From: Actinomycetes bacterium
GTDB taxonomy: Bacteria; Actinomycetota; Actinomycetes; Prado026
Direction: 5' to 3'
DNA: 39,809 bases
NCBI GenBank assembly: GCA_025455945.1
Contig: JALOLN010000001.1
Span: 1 to 39,809, forward strand
Below are positions 1-13,794 of the stretch, one piece after another. The translations under genes and the position numbers were made by a program. The notes under the pieces were generated by a model. It was given only the letters and a program-made list of their open reading frames with translations. It ran no database searches and was not told the DNA's origin. Numbering within the stretch: the first letter of the stretch is position 1; each line of letters begins with the position of its first letter.

Positions 1-75
1 ACGCCGTCCCCGGCGGCGGTGACCGCGCCCGCGCGAGCCGACGCCGCCCCCGCGGTCGCCGTCGCGGGCGCCGGC

Positions 76-1034
76 TCAGGCCTCGGCGACGTCGGTCTGG
101 TGGGCGTGCTCCTGTTCCTCGGGGGCCTCGGTGTCTTCGTCGTGCTGCTCCACTCCCGCCGGCAGCGCACCCTGCGGTGACGTCGCCGTCCAGGCGGCCA
201 CGAGCAGCGTCCAGCGCGAGGCGTAGGAGATCCACACCAGCAGCCCGACGGTGGTGGCGAAGACCCCGTAGACGACGTTGCGCGACGCCGCCGCGACGAC
301 CAGGGTCAGCACCTGCTTGAGCACCTCGAACCCCAGCGCCCCGAGCAGCGCCCCGCCGAGCAGCCTGCGCCGGGGCACCCGCGTGCCGGACAGCGCCCCG
401 AGCAGCGCCAGGTAGAACGCCCAGCTCGTGAGCAGCGCCACCGCGGCGCCACCCACGGTGATCAGCCCCACGGACAGGACCGAGTCGGTGCCGAGCAGCC
501 GGTCGACGACGGAGGTCGCGGCGCTGACGAGGACGGTGACCAGCACCGACACGAGCAGCACACCGCCGAGCAGGACCAGGGCGACCGCGTCGACGAGCAG
601 CCCGCGCCACCACAGGGTGGCGCGCGGGCTCCCGCCGCGCAGCAGCACGAGGGAGCGCCGCAGCCCCCCGAGCCAGCGGATCCCCGCGTAGAGCAGCAGC
701 CCCAGGCCCACGACACCGACGGTCAGCCCGGCCGTGGTGAGGGAGTCGACGTCCACCGACTCCGGCAGGTAGTCGGCGACGGCCTCGTCGACATCGTCGC
801 GCAGCGCCGGGACCAGGGCGGCCAGCAGCGACACCAGGCCGTAGGCGACGGCCACCAGCGGGAACAGCGCGAGGAAGCCGTAGTAGGTCACGCCCGCGGC
901 GAGCAGGTTGCCCTCGGCGTCGACGTAGCGGTCGATGGAGCGGACGAGGCGGTCGACGACCGGGCTGCGGTCGCGCAGCCCGACCAGCCGGTCACGAGTC
1001 CGCTCCAGCAGGCCCCGCCAGGATTGCGGTCCGG

Positions 1035-1038
<4 letters not shown>
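76..1038 (-). CDS. YihY/BrkB-family integral membrane protein (family formerly mislabelled ribonuclease BN)
   Basis: This is the 3' part of ORF 76..1221. It is a multi-TM protein with the family-typical segment LLAAGVTYYGFLALFPLVAVAYG. I set the start at ATG 1038 (MTGPQSW...), whose ATGA overlaps the stop of the upstream 2H gene. The ORF upstream of that is an Arg/Pro-rich shadow. Confidence 0.8.
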
Positions 1039-3918
<2,880 letters not shown>

Positions 3919-3942
3919 GCCGACAGCCTACGGTCCGGCCGC

Positions 3943-5601
3943 CTACGGGACGACGGGAGCGACCGCCAGGTAGGCAGCCACCTCGGCCGCCACCCGGTCG
4001 TCGTCCCAGCCGAGCACCGGCGCGAGCAGCCGGGCGGCCTCGGTGGCGACCGAGCGGGCCGCGTCCCGGGTGATGAGGGCCAGCCGGGTCCGCCGGATCA
4101 GCACGTCCTCCAGCAGGAGGGCGCCCTCGTGGCTCGCCGAGTAGACGATCTCGGCCCTCAGCACCGGGGCGTGTGGGTGCACGCGGCGCCCGAGGTCGGG
4201 GTCCCCGGCCACCAGCTCGAGCACCTCGTGGACGTCGGCGCCGTACCGGCGCAGCAGCCGCCGGATCTCCGGCTCGGTGAGCCCCGCCTCGGCTGCGAGG
4301 AACTCCCGCCCCTGCCACACCTCCTGGTACCCGTCGGCTCCGGCGATGAGGACGTTGTCGGTCCGCGACGCCGGGATGTCGAACGGGAGGTCCTCCGCCG
4401 TGGCGTCGACGAGGTCGCGGGCCATCACCCGGTAGGTCGTGTACTTGCCGCCGGCGATCTGGACGAGGCCGGGCGCCGGTCGGGTGACCACGTGCTCCCG
4501 GGAGATCTTGGCGGTCTCGGCCGGCTCCGCACCGCCCTCCGCGACCAGCGGCCGCAGGCCGGCGAACACCCCGATGACGTCGTCGTGGGTCAGCGGCCGG
4601 GTGAGCCACCGGTTGGCCTGCTCCAGCAGGTACGCCACGTCCTCCGCGGTGGTCTCCGGCTCGTCGCGGTCACCCTCCCACGGGGTGTCCGTGGTCCCGA
4701 CCAGCCAGGTCTGCCCCCACGGCAGGAGGAACAGCACCGACTTCGGCGTCCGGGTGATCACCGCGGCGTGCATGTCGATGGCGTCGCGGGGGACGACGAG
4801 GTGCACCCCCTTCGACGGGACGACCGGCGTGCCGGCCTCCGTGGCGCCGTCCAGCAGGCCCCGGGTCTGCTCGGTCCACACCCCCGTGGCGCCGGCGACG
4901 GCGTGCGCCCGGATCTCCAGGTGCTGCCCGGACTCCCGGTCGACCGCCCGCACCCCCACGACCCGGTCGATGTCCCGCAGGAAGCCCACGACCTCGACCC
5001 GGGAGGCCGCGAGCGCCCCGTGCGTCGCCGCCGTCCGCACCACCGCCATGGTGTGCCGGGCATCGTCGATCTGGGCGTCGAAGAAGGCGATCGCGCCGGT
5101 GTAGGCGTCCGGGTCCAGCCCCGGTGCGAGCTGCTCCGTGGCGCGCTTGGACAGGTGCCGGTGCCCCGGCAGTGCGCCCCCCTTGCGGGACACCCGCGAC
5201 AGGGCGTCGTAGAGGGCGACACCGGCGCCGACGTAGGGCCGCTCCCAGCCGCGCCGGGTCAGCGGCAGGAGGAACGGCACCGGCCGCACCAGGTGGGGGG
5301 CCAGCCGGTCGAGCAGCAGCCCGCGCTCGGTGAGCGCCTCGTGGACCAGCCCGAACTCCAGCTGCTCGAGGTAGCGCAGCCCGCCGTGCGCCAGCCGGCT
5401 GCTGCGGCTGGAGGTGCCCGACGCCCAGTCCCGCCGCTCCAGCAGGCCGGTCGTCAGCCCGCGGGTGGCGGCGTCCAGCGCGGCCCCTGCCCCGACGACG
5501 CCCCCGCCGACCACGAGGACGTCGAGGACCCCCGACCGCATCCGGTCCAGTGCCCGGGCCCGCTCGGCCGGGTCGAGCCGTCCAGCCGTCACGCCAGCCA
5601 C
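3943..5601 (-). CDS. glpD: FAD-dependent glycerol-3-phosphate dehydrogenase
   Basis: The 552-aa ORF has an N-terminal FAD fold (DVLVVGGGVVGAGAALDAATRG) and a GlpD-like body and C-terminal domain. The first GTG (5601) abuts the AAGGAGG Shine-Dalgarno. The in-frame GTG at 5592 has an 8-nt spacing and is probably the real start. Confidence 0.9.
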   Translation of the reverse strand: MAGVTAGRLDPAERARALDRMRSGVLDVLVVGGGVVGAGAALDAATRGLTTGLLERRDWASGTSSRSSRLAHGGLRYLEQLEFGLVHEALTERGLLLDRLAPHLVRPVPFLLPLTRRGWERPYVGAGVALYDALSRVSRKGGALPGHRHLSKRATEQLAPGLDPDAYTGAIAFFDAQIDDARHTMAVVRTAATHGALAASRVEVVGFLRDIDRVVGVRAVDRESGQHLEIRAHAVAGATGVWTEQTRGLLDGATEAGTPVVPSKGVHLVVPRDAIDMHAAVITRTPKSVLFLLPWGQTWLVGTTDTPWEGDRDEPETTAEDVAYLLEQANRWLTRPLTHDDVIGVFAGLRPLVAEGGAEPAETAKISREHVVTRPAPGLVQIAGGKYTTYRVMARDLVDATAEDLPFDIPASRTDNVLIAGADGYQEVWQGREFLAAEAGLTEPEIRRLLRRYGADVHEVLELVAGDPDLGRRVHPHAPVLRAEIVYSASHEGALLLEDVLIRRTRLALITRDAARSVATEAARLLAPVLGWDDDRVAAEVAAYLAVAPVVP

Positions 5602-5621
5602 CTCCTTCGGTGCCGGTACTC

Positions 5622-5627
5622 ACCCTA
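5622..5627 (-). promoter_or_regulatory. candidate -10 hexamer TAGGGT upstream of glpD
   Basis: The minus strand reads TAGGGTGAGTACCGGCACCGAAGGAGGTGGCTGGCGTG: a hexamer, then a short leader containing the AAGGAGG Shine-Dalgarno. Confidence 0.35.
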
Positions 5628-5647
5628 GGCGTGCCAGGCTGTCCCCG

Positions 5648-6673
5648 ATGAAGCGGACCAGCATGCGGCTCGCCGACGGCCGCGAGCTCATCTACTTCAA
5701 CGAGTCGGACGACGTCGTCCGCAGCCGGGTCGACCCGCGGCACCTCCCCGACCCGAGCACGTCGACGCAGACCAGGCACGACGTCCTCCTCGACGAGTGG
5801 GTGGCGGTCGCCTCGCACCGGCAGGACCGCACGCACCTGCCGCCCAGCGACGAGTGCCCGCTGTGCCCCTCGGCCCCCGGTCGACCCACCGAGGTCCCCG
5901 CGGCCGACTACGACGTCGTGGTGTTCGAGAACCGGTTCCCCTCCTTCGCGCACGGGGCGGGCCGGTGCGAGGTGGTCTGCTTCACCGCCGACCACGCCGC
6001 CTCGTTCGCGGCCCTCCCGCCGGAGCGGGTGCGAACCGTGCTCGAGGCCTGGGCGGACCGGACCGCGGCGCTGGCCGCGCTGCCGGACGTCGCGCAGGTC
6101 TTCCCGTTCGAGAACCGGGGCCGGGAGATCGGGGTCACGCTGAGCCACCCCCACGGGCAGGTGTACGCCTACCCCTTCGTCACGCCGGTGACCCGGCGGA
6201 TGCTCGAGGTGGCGCGGGCCCACCTGGTGACCACCGGGGGCAACCTGTTCGACGAGGTGCTGGCCGCCGAGCGGGCCGGCCCCCGGGTGGTCGCGCGCGC
6301 GGCCGAGTGGACCGCGTTCGTGCCGGCGGCCGCCCGCTGGCCGTTCGAAGTGCACCTGTACCCGCACCGGGCGGTGCCCGACCTGCCGGCGCTCGACGAG
6401 GACCAGCGGGCCGGCTTCGGGCCGGTCTACCTCGACGTGCTGCAGCGCCTCGACCGGCTGTTCGGCGTCCCCATGCCGTACGTGGCCGGGTGGTACCAGG
6501 CGCCGGTCCGCAGCGACCGCGACCTGGCCCGGCTGCACCTGCGGGTGTTCTCCACCCGGCGGGACCGCGACAAGCTCAAGTACCTCGCCGGGTCGGAGTC
6601 GGCCATGGGCGTCTTCGTCAACGACGTGCTGCCCGAGCGGGCGGCCGAGCTGCTCCGCGCGGCCGGCCCGTGA
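5648..6673 (+). CDS. galT: galactose-1-phosphate uridylyltransferase
   Basis: Zinc-site CPLCP and active-site HPHGQVYAYPF motifs are present. The start is taken at ATG 5648 (MKRTSMRLADGRELIYFNE). The upstream part of ORF 5414.. overlaps glpD on the other strand and is low complexity. Confidence 0.9.
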   Translation: MKRTSMRLADGRELIYFNESDDVVRSRVDPRHLPDPSTSTQTRHDVLLDEWVAVASHRQDRTHLPPSDECPLCPSAPGRPTEVPAADYDVVVFENRFPSFAHGAGRCEVVCFTADHAASFAALPPERVRTVLEAWADRTAALAALPDVAQVFPFENRGREIGVTLSHPHGQVYAYPFVTPVTRRMLEVARAHLVTTGGNLFDEVLAAERAGPRVVARAAEWTAFVPAAARWPFEVHLYPHRAVPDLPALDEDQRAGFGPVYLDVLQRLDRLFGVPMPYVAGWYQAPVRSDRDLARLHLRVFSTRRDRDKLKYLAGSESAMGVFVNDVLPERAAELLRAAGP

Positions 6674-7839
6674 CCGCCGCGGCGGCCGCGGGCCTCGCCG
6701 CCCGGTTCGTCGGCCGGTTCGGGCGGGCGCCGCAGGTCGCCTGGTGGGCGCCCGGCCGGGTCAACCTCATTGGTGAGCACACCGACTACAACGACGGGTT
6801 CGTCCTGCCGCTGGCGATCCCGTACGGAGTTGCCGCGGCGGTGGCCGCCCGACCGGACGGCGTGCTGCGGGTGGCCTCGGCGCAGGTGCCCGGCGCACCG
6901 GTCGAGGTGGCGGTCGAAGCCCTGGCGCCCGGCGCCGTCTCGGGGTGGGCCGCCTACATCGTCGGGGTGGTGTGGGCGCTGCGCGCCGAGGGCCACCCGG
7001 TCGGCGGCGCCGACGTCCTGGTCGACGGCGACGTTCCGCTGGGGGCCGGGCTGTCGTCGTCCGCCGCCCTCGGCTGCGCGGTGGCGGCCGCGCTGGCCGA
7101 CCGGGGCGGCCTGGCGCTGCCACGGCCGGAGCTGGCCCGGCTGGCCCAGCGCTCGGAGAACGCCTTCGTCGGGGCGCCGACCGGGATCATGGACCAGAGC
7201 GCGGCGCTCCTCGCCACCGCCGGACACGCGCTGTTCCTCGACACCCGGACGCTGGCGGCCGAGCAGGTACCGCTCGACCTCCCCGGCCACCACCTGGCCC
7301 TGCTCGTCGTCGACACCCGGGCGCCGCACGCCCTGGTGGATGGCGCCTACGCCGACCGGCGGCGGACCTGCGCGGCGGCGGCGCGCACGCTCGGGGTGCC
7401 CGCCCTGCGGGACGTCCCGGCAGGGGGTCTGGACGCGGCCCTCGCGGCGCTGGCCGATCCCGTGGCGCGGCGCCGGGTGCGGCACGTCGTCACCGAGAAC
7501 GACCGGGTGCTGCGCACCGTGGACCTGCTGCGCCGGGGGGACCTCCGCGCGGTCGGACCCCTGCTCACGGCCTCGCACGAGTCCCTGCGGGACGACTACG
7601 AGGTCAGTGTCCCCCGCCTCGACGTCGCCGTGGCCGCCGCGCTGGCGGCTGGGGCTCTCGGCGCCCGGGTGACCGGGGGCGGCTTCGGCGGCTGCGTCGT
7701 CGTCCTGGTCGCCGCAGCCGCCGTCCCCTCCCTCGCCGCAGCCGTGGCGGACGCCTTCGCCGCACACGGCTGGGACCGCCCGCGCCCGTTCACCGTCCTG
7801 CCGACCGCCGGCGCCCACCCCCTCGACGTGTCAGGGTGA
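6670..7839 (+). CDS. galK: galactokinase
   Basis: GHMP kinase motifs are present: [26 protein letters not shown] and TGGGFGGC. The GTG start at 6670 overlaps the galT stop (GTGA). This is the last 389 aa of the 680-aa track ORF. Confidence 0.9.
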   Translation: MTAAAAAGLAARFVGRFGRAPQVAWWAPGRVNLIGEHTDYNDGFVLPLAIPYGVAAAVAARPDGVLRVASAQVPGAPVEVAVEALAPGAVSGWAAYIVGVVWALRAEGHPVGGADVLVDGDVPLGAGLSSSAALGCAVAAALADRGGLALPRPELARLAQRSENAFVGAPTGIMDQSAALLATAGHALFLDTRTLAAEQVPLDLPGHHLALLVVDTRAPHALVDGAYADRRRTCAAAARTLGVPALRDVPAGGLDAALAALADPVARRRVRHVVTENDRVLRTVDLLRRGDLRAVGPLLTASHESLRDDYEVSVPRLDVAVAAALAAGALGARVTGGGFGGCVVVLVAAAAVPSLAAAVADAFAAHGWDRPRPFTVLPTAGAHPLDVSG

Positions 7840-9054
7840 GGACGCCATCGCCGCCTGCAGGTTGGCGTCGATCGCCGCCAGGAACTCCTGGGTCGTGAGG
7901 AACGGCTGGTCCGCCCCGACGAGCAGGGCGAGGTCCTTCGTCATCTGGCCGGCCTCGACGGTCTGGACGCAGACCCGCTCCAGTACCTCCGCGAAGCGCA
8001 CGAGCTCGGGGTTGCCGTCGAGCTTGCCGCGGTGCTCCAGCCCCCGGGTCCAGGCGAAGATCGAGGCGATCGGGTTCGTGGACGTCGGCTTGCCCTGCTG
8101 GTGCTGCCGGTAGTGCCGGGTCACCGTCCCGTGGGCGGCCTCGGCCTCGACGGTGCGCCCGTCGGGCGTCATGAGCACCGACGTCATGAGCCCGAGCGAC
8201 CCGAAGCCCTGCGCGACGGTGTCGGACTGCACGTCGCCGTCGTAGTTCTTGCACGCCCAGACGTAGCCGCCCTCCCACTTCAGCGCGGCGGCCACCATGT
8301 CGTCGATGAGCCGGTGCTCGTAGGTGATGCCGGCGGCGGCGAACTCGTCCTTGAACTCGGCCTCGAAGACCTCGGCGAACAGGTCCTTGAACCGGCCGTC
8401 GTAGGCCTTGAGGATCGTGTTCTTCGTCGACAGGTACACCGGGTAGCCGCGGTCGAGGCCGTAGCGCATCGACGCCCGGGCGAAGTCCCGGATCGAGTCG
8501 TCGAAGTTGTACATCCCCATCGCAACGCCGCCACCGGGGAACTGCGCGACCTGCAGCTCCATCGGCGCGCTGCCGTCGTCCGGGGTGTAGGTGATCGTCA
8601 CGGTGCCCGGCCCCGGCACGACGAAGTCGGTCGCCTTGTACTGGTCCCCGTGCGCGTGACGGCCGATGACGATCGGCTTGGTCCACCCAGGGACCAGCCT
8701 GGGGATGTTGCTGATGATGATGGGCTCGCGGAAGATCACGCCGCCGAGGATGTTGCGGATCGTCCCGTTCGGGGACCGCCACATCTTCTTCAGGCCGAAC
8801 TCTTGGACCCGGGCCTCGTCCGGGGTGATCGTGGCGCACTTGACCCCGACCCCGTGACGCTTGATGGCCTCGGCGGCGTCCACGGTCACCTGGTCGTCGG
8901 TGGCGTCGCGGTGCTCGATCCCCAGGTCGTAGTACTCCAGCCGGACATCCGCGTACGGCAGGATCAGCTGGTCCTTGATGAACTGCCAGATGATCCTCGT
9001 CATCTCGTCGCCGTCGAGCTCGACGACCGACCCGGCCACCTTGATCTTCTGCAT
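7831..9054 (-). CDS. icd: NADP-dependent isocitrate dehydrogenase (about 407 aa, IDH1-like dimeric type)
   Basis: The full-length sequence resembles eukaryote-type IDH ([23 protein letters not shown]..., [10 protein letters not shown]). It is a clean ORF with very high GC3. Confidence 0.95.
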   Translation of the reverse strand: MQKIKVAGSVVELDGDEMTRIIWQFIKDQLILPYADVRLEYYDLGIEHRDATDDQVTVDAAEAIKRHGVGVKCATITPDEARVQEFGLKKMWRSPNGTIRNILGGVIFREPIIISNIPRLVPGWTKPIVIGRHAHGDQYKATDFVVPGPGTVTITYTPDDGSAPMELQVAQFPGGGVAMGMYNFDDSIRDFARASMRYGLDRGYPVYLSTKNTILKAYDGRFKDLFAEVFEAEFKDEFAAAGITYEHRLIDDMVAAALKWEGGYVWACKNYDGDVQSDTVAQGFGSLGLMTSVLMTPDGRTVEAEAAHGTVTRHYRQHQQGKPTSTNPIASIFAWTRGLEHRGKLDGNPELVRFAEVLERVCVQTVEAGQMTKDLALLVGADQPFLTTQEFLAAIDANLQAAMASSP

Positions 9055-9079
9055 GCGCGGAAGCCTCTCCGTTCGTGGG

Positions 9080-10039
9080 CTACAGGTCCTGGACGTCGGC
9101 CTGCTTGGCGCGCACCGCCTCGGCGGCCTCCAGCAGTCCGGCCTTCTCGCTGTCGGTCAACGGCGCCTCGACAACGCGGCGGACCCCCTCCTTGCCGATC
9201 TCCGCCTCCACGCCCAGGTACACCCCGGAGATCCCGTACTCGCCGTCCACCCAGGCGCAGACCGGCATGACCTCGCCGGCGTCGTCGTGGACCGCCTTGG
9301 CCATCCGGGCGGCCGCGGCGGACGGCGCGTAGTAGGCCGACCCGGTCTTGAGCAGGGCCACGACCTCGGCGCCGCCGTTGCGGGTCCGGGTGACCAGCTC
9401 GTCGATCTGCTCGGCGGGCAGCAGCTCGGCGAGCGGACGGCCGTCGACCGTGCAGCGGGAGGGCACCGGGACCATGGTGTCGCCGTGCGAGCCGAGGGTC
9501 AGGGTGCGGACCGACCCGACCGGGACCCCGAGGGTCGCCGCGACGAAGTAGGTGAAGCGGGCCGTGTCGAGCATCCCCGCCTGCCCGATGACACGGTGGT
9601 GCGGGAACCCGGTGGCCAGCTGGGTGAGCGCCGTCATCTCGTCCAGCGGGTTGGACACGACGACGACGACCGCCTGCGGCGAGTGCGCCGCGATGTTCTC
9701 GGCCACGCTGCGGACGATCTTCGCGTTCGTCTCGATGAGGTCCATGCGGCTCATCCCGGGCTTGCGCGGTAGTCCGGCGGTGACCACGACGATGTCCGAG
9801 CCCGCGGTGGCCTCGTACCCCGACCCGTCCAGACCCGTCGTCTGGCCGACCACCGTCGTCTCGAACCCCTCGATGGGCCGTGACTGGTTGAGGTCGAGAG
9901 CCAGCCCCTCCGGCTTGCCCTCGACGATGTCGGTGAGGACGACGGTCTCGAAGACGTCGTACTCCGCCAGTCGCTGGGCCGTGGTGGAGCCGTAGAAGCC
10001 GGCCCCGACGACGGTCACCTTGCCGCTGCGCTGCGCCAT
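9080..10039 (-). CDS. mdh: malate dehydrogenase (LDH-like family)
   Basis: The 319-aa ORF has an N-terminal Rossmann motif ([11 protein letters not shown]) plus the LDTARF and GSHGDTMVP motifs of LDH-type MDH. Confidence 0.95.
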   Translation of the reverse strand: MAQRSGKVTVVGAGFYGSTTAQRLAEYDVFETVVLTDIVEGKPEGLALDLNQSRPIEGFETTVVGQTTGLDGSGYEATAGSDIVVVTAGLPRKPGMSRMDLIETNAKIVRSVAENIAAHSPQAVVVVVSNPLDEMTALTQLATGFPHHRVIGQAGMLDTARFTYFVAATLGVPVGSVRTLTLGSHGDTMVPVPSRCTVDGRPLAELLPAEQIDELVTRTRNGGAEVVALLKTGSAYYAPSAAAARMAKAVHDDAGEVMPVCAWVDGEYGISGVYLGVEAEIGKEGVRRVVEAPLTDSEKAGLLEAAEAVRAKQADVQDL

Positions 10040-10123
10040 GGATCTGCTCTCCTCGCCCGTGTCCCGCGGTATCTCGGCATCAAGAGATCTGCCGGTCCGA
10101 GGCTAGCGGAACGCAGAGGGTGC

Positions 10124-10399
10124 TCACGAGGGCGGGGGGACCACGAAAGCCAGCACGGTGATGCCCAGCCCCAGCAGCGCCAGCGAGCCGACGTCGAAAC
10201 GGCGGCTGCGCACGACGAGGACGCCGAGCCGCTCGGCCGGCAGCAGCGCCCGCAGCCAGGCGGCGAGCACGACGCTGGCCCCGGTGAGCAGGCTGCCGAC
10301 CCGGAAGCCCTCGAGCAGGACGACGAGCAGCAGTCCCGCTGCCACGCCGGCCAGCACGACGAGGACCGCCCACTGCCGGGAGAGCACCCCCAGGGTCAT
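10124..10399 (-). CDS. small DUF3017-like membrane protein
   Basis: The 91-aa ORF has 3 hydrophobic helices and a VVRSRRFD motif. Its ATG overlaps the folD stop (ATGA). From memory, this protein type commonly follows folD in Actinobacteria. Confidence 0.6.
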   Translation of the reverse strand: MTLGVLSRQWAVLVVLAGVAAGLLLVVLLEGFRVGSLLTGASVVLAAWLRALLPAERLGVLVVRSRRFDVGSLALLGLGITVLAFVVPPPS

Positions 10400-11253
10400 G
10401 CCGCGCCGACGGCCCTCTCGGCGGCCTCCACGACGTTGCTGAGGAGCATGGCCCGGGTCATCGGGCCGACGCCCCCGGGCATCGGCGCCAGGAACGCCGC
10501 CACGTCCGCGACGGCGGGGTGCACGTCGCCGACCAGCCCCGCAGCGGTCCGGGTGATGCCCACGTCGAGGACCGCCGCCCCCCGCTTGACCACGTCAGGG
10601 GTCACCAGGCCCGGGACACCGGCGGCCGCCACCACGATGTCCGCCTCCCGCAGGTGCTTGGCCAGCCTCCGCGTCCCGGTGTGGCACTGGGTCACGGTCG
10701 CGTTCTCGGACTTGCGGGTGAGCAGCAGGGCCAACGGGCGGCCGACCGTGACCCCGCGACCCACGATGCAGACCTCCGCCCCGGCGATCGGGACGTCGTG
10801 GCGGCGCAGGAGCTCGACGATCCCGCGCGGGGTGCACGGCAGCGGCGCCGGCGCCCCCAGCACCAGCCGGCCGAGGTTCACCGGGTGGAGGCCGTCGGCG
10901 TCCTTCGCCGGGTCCATGAGCTCCAGGACCTGCGCGGCGTCCAGCCCGGCGGGCAGCGGCAGCTGCACGATGTACCCCGTGCACGCGGGGTCGGCGTTGA
11001 GCTCGGCGACCACCGCCTCGACGTCTGCCTGTGTCGCGTCGGCGGGCAGGTCGTGCCGGATGCTCGCGATGCCGACCTCGGCGCAGTCACGGTGCTTCCC
11101 GGCGACGTAGGCCCGGCTGCCGGGGTCGTCGCCGACGAGCACGGTCCCGAGGCCGGGCACGGTGCCGGCCGCACGCAGGGCGGCCACCCGCTCCGCGAGC
11201 TCGGCCTTGACCGACGCGGCCGTGGCCTTGCCGTCCAGGGTGACTGCGCTCAC
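10396..11253 (-). CDS. folD: bifunctional methylene-THF dehydrogenase / methenyl-THF cyclohydrolase
   Basis: This is the C-terminal 285 aa of track ORF 10396..11967. It begins [19 protein letters not shown] and contains GYIVQLPLP and [18 protein letters not shown]. The GTG at 11253 overlaps the upstream stop (GTGA). Confidence 0.92.
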   Translation of the reverse strand: MSAVTLDGKATAASVKAELAERVAALRAAGTVPGLGTVLVGDDPGSRAYVAGKHRDCAEVGIASIRHDLPADATQADVEAVVAELNADPACTGYIVQLPLPAGLDAAQVLELMDPAKDADGLHPVNLGRLVLGAPAPLPCTPRGIVELLRRHDVPIAGAEVCIVGRGVTVGRPLALLLTRKSENATVTQCHTGTRRLAKHLREADIVVAAAGVPGLVTPDVVKRGAAVLDVGITRTAAGLVGDVHPAVADVAAFLAPMPGGVGPMTRAMLLSNVVEAAERAVGAA

Positions 11254-12224
11254 GGCCCGGATCCTCTCACGGGCAGGACAGCCGCCACGGCGACCGCCAC
11301 CCCGGTGAGCAGCACCCCCGCGACCACCCGCCAGGTCACCTCGGTCCCGGGGGTGGGCAGCACCACGTCGAGCACCAGCGACCCGGTCAGCGTGCCGGCC
11401 ACCGCCAGCAGCCCGAACAGCAGGACGCCGAGGGTTCGGACCACCACCGCCGCCGTGACGATGAACAGCACGCCGATCGGACCGGCCAGCCACAGCAGCG
11501 GGCGGTCCCACGGCGGGGGCAGGTCGCCGGGGTTCGGGCGGGACCCCCCGGCCGACACGGCGAACGCGACCACCAGTGCCGTCGTCCCCACGGTGAAGTT
11601 GACCAGGGCGGCCACCAGCGGCTCGCCGGTCGCGACGGCGACCCGGCCGTTGACCGCCTGCTGGGCCGCCGTCAGCCCGCCCGCCACCGCGACCAGCGCC
11701 ACCAGACCGACCGAGAGCGTGCCCGCCGAGACGCGGCCGCTCACCGCCAGGCCGACCGCCGCGGTGGCCGTGGCCGCCGCGAGCACCCGGGTCGGCGTGA
11801 CCGTGCGCACCCCGCCCGGCCCCAGCCCCACCGCGTCCACGGCCAGCGAGCTGGCGGTCTGCCCGGCCACGACCGCCACCGTGAAGAGGGCCACCCCCAG
11901 GGTCGGGACCGCGAGACCCTGGCACGCCACCAGGGACGCGCCGCCGAGGCCGCCCAGGAGCATCCACCAGGCCAGCCGCCCGTCCCGGACCGCCGCGGGC
12001 AGCCGGCGGGCGGCCGAGCGGGCGGCGCCGGCGGGCAGGACGACGAGGAGCAGGACGACCAGCCCGGTCCCGAACGACACGGCTGCGGCCAGCAGCCCGG
12101 CCGCGGTGCTGCCGCCGAGCAGCTGGCTCAGCTCCCCGGTGATCCGGGACTGCGCCGCGACCAGCACCCCGACCCCGTAGGCGAGGCCGAGGTGCAGCCC
12201 CGGATGGCGCTGGCCGGAAGGCAC
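11250..12224 (-). CDS. DMT-superfamily transporter, tandem YdcZ/DUF606 repeats
   Basis: The 324-aa, roughly 10-TM ORF has two internally similar halves ([10 protein letters not shown]... and [10 protein letters not shown]...; LGGLGGA...[11 protein letters not shown] and LAGPIGV...[11 protein letters not shown]). This matches the YdcZ repeat pattern. The substrate is unknown. Confidence 0.75.
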   Translation of the reverse strand: MPSGQRHPGLHLGLAYGVGVLVAAQSRITGELSQLLGGSTAAGLLAAAVSFGTGLVVLLLVVLPAGAARSAARRLPAAVRDGRLAWWMLLGGLGGASLVACQGLAVPTLGVALFTVAVVAGQTASSLAVDAVGLGPGGVRTVTPTRVLAAATATAAVGLAVSGRVSAGTLSVGLVALVAVAGGLTAAQQAVNGRVAVATGEPLVAALVNFTVGTTALVVAFAVSAGGSRPNPGDLPPPWDRPLLWLAGPIGVLFIVTAAVVVRTLGVLLFGLLAVAGTLTGSLVLDVVLPTPGTEVTWRVVAGVLLTGVAVAVAAVLPVRGSGP

Positions 12225-12231
12225 CGCCCGG

Positions 12232-13794
12232 TCAGTGGAAGAAGTGGCGGACGCCGGTGAGGTACATGGTCATCCCCGCCGCCTCGGCGGCGTAGGCGAC
12301 CTCCTCGTCGCGCACCGACCCGCCGGGCTGGACGACGGCCCGCACCCCGGCCCGGGCCAGCACCTCCAGCCCGTCGGGGAAGGGGAAGAACGCGTCGGAG
12401 GCACCCACGGCGGCGCGGGCCCTGGCGTCCCCGGCCCGCTCGACCGCCAGCCGGGCCGAGTCCACCCGGTTGACCTGCCCCATGCCCACCCCGACGGTCG
12501 CGCCGTCCGCGGCCAGCACGATCGCGTTGGACTTCACCGACCGGCAGGCCCGCCAGGCGAACTCGAGGTCCCGCAGCGTCGCCTCGTCGGCGGGCGCCCC
12601 GACCGCCAGCGTCCAGCCCGTCGGGTCGTCGCCGTCCTCCTCGACGGTGTCGCGGCTCTGCAGGAGCAGCCCACCGCTCAGCGGCCGCCACTCGACACCA
12701 CCCCCGGGGTGCACCCCGTCGCAGCGCAGCAGCCGGAGGTTCCGCTTCGCCGTGAGGATCGCCAGGGCGTCATCGGCGAACCCGGGCGCGACGACGACCT
12801 CGACGAACACCTCGGCCAGCGCCTCGGCGAGGGCAGCGGTCACCGGCCGGTTGCACGCCACGACACCGCCGAACGCCGAGACCGGGTCGCAGTCGAAGGC
12901 CTTGCGGTAGGCCTCGGCGACGTCGGCGCCGACGGCGATCCCGCACGGGTTGGCGTGCTTGATGATCGCGACCGCTGGCGAGGTGAAGTCGTAGCAGGCA
13001 CGCCGCGCCGCATCGGCGTCGACGTAGTTGTTGTACGACATCTCCTTGCCGTGCAGCTGCTCGGCCTGGGCCAGCCCGGGGGCGCCGTGCCGGGCGGCGA
13101 ACAGGGCGGCCCGCTGGTGCGGGTTCTCCCCGTAGCGCAGCACGCCGACGCGGTCCCAGGCGGCGCCGACCCACCGGGGGAACCCGTGCCCGTCGGCGTC
13201 CGGGGCGATCTCGCTGCCCAGCCACGACGCCACGGCGACGTCGTAGGACGCGGTGTGGGCGAACGCCTCCGCGGCCCACCGCTGCCGCTGCTCGAGCGTC
13301 GTCCCGCCGCCGACCACCGCCGCCAGGAGCTCGGGGTAGCGGCCTGCCGCCACCACGACGGCCACGCTGGCGTGGTTCTTCGCGGCCGCGCGCACCATCG
13401 TCGGGCCGCCGATGTCGATCTGCTCGACGCACTCCTCCGGCCCGGCCCCGGACAGGACGGTCTCGCTGAACGGGTAGAGGTTGACCACGACGAGGTCGAA
13501 CGGCGCGATGCCCAGTTCCGAGAGCTCGGCGACGTGCTCCGGCTTGCGTTGGTCGGCGAGGATCCCGGCGTGCACCCGCGGGTGCAGGGTCTTCACCCGG
13601 CCGTCGAGGCACTCGGGGAACCCGGTGAGCTCGGCCACCTGGACGACCGGCACCCCCGCCCCGGCGATCGCCGCCGCCGTCGAGCCGGTCGAGACGACCT
13701 CCACCCCGGCGGCGTGCAGCCCCCGGGCCAGCTCGGCCAGCCCGGTCTTGTCGTAGACGCTCACCAGGGCTCGACGGACCGGACGCTGGGTCAT
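12232..13794 (-). CDS. purH: bifunctional AICAR formyltransferase / IMP cyclohydrolase
   Basis: The 520 aa starting [19 protein letters not shown] contain an MGS-like domain, an AICARFT domain, and the C-terminal [10 protein letters not shown]. The ATG at 13794 overlaps the purN stop (ATGA). Confidence 0.95.
   Translation of the reverse strand: MTQRPVRRALVSVYDKTGLAELARGLHAAGVEVVSTGSTAAAIAGAGVPVVQVAELTGFPECLDGRVKTLHPRVHAGILADQRKPEHVAELSELGIAPFDLVVVNLYPFSETVLSGAGPEECVEQIDIGGPTMVRAAAKNHASVAVVVAAGRYPELLAAVVGGGTTLEQRQRWAAEAFAHTASYDVAVASWLGSEIAPDADGHGFPRWVGAAWDRVGVLRYGENPHQRAALFAARHGAPGLAQAEQLHGKEMSYNNYVDADAARRACYDFTSPAVAIIKHANPCGIAVGADVAEAYRKAFDCDPVSAFGGVVACNRPVTAALAEALAEVFVEVVVAPGFADDALAILTAKRNLRLLRCDGVHPGGGVEWRPLSGGLLLQSRDTVEEDGDDPTGWTLAVGAPADEATLRDLEFAWRACRSVKSNAIVLAADGATVGVGMGQVNRVDSARLAVERAGDARARAAVGASDAFFPFPDGLEVLARAGVRAVVQPGGSVRDEEVAYAAEAAGMTMYLTGVRHFFH

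Noticed and set aside
1-180. A possible 3' end of a plus-strand gene entering from the left edge (open frame 1 with high GC3 up to a TGA near 178-180).
   Set aside because: It has no start and no recognisable motif. It would overlap the YihY 3' end by about 100 nt. High GC3 is also expected in frames antisense to real genes here. It is not supportable from this window alone.
5414-5647. The N-terminal extension of galT in the track. Similar extensions occur for galK (5797..6669), folD (11254..11967), purH (13795..14436), sucC (18880..18948), pcrA (23582..23758), the kinase (29547..29672) and the PspC protein (29430..29681).
   Set aside because: The extensions overlap neighbouring genes or promoters and are low complexity. 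Family-typical N-termini begin at the internal starts I chose, several of which form ATGA/GTGA overlaps with the upstream stop.
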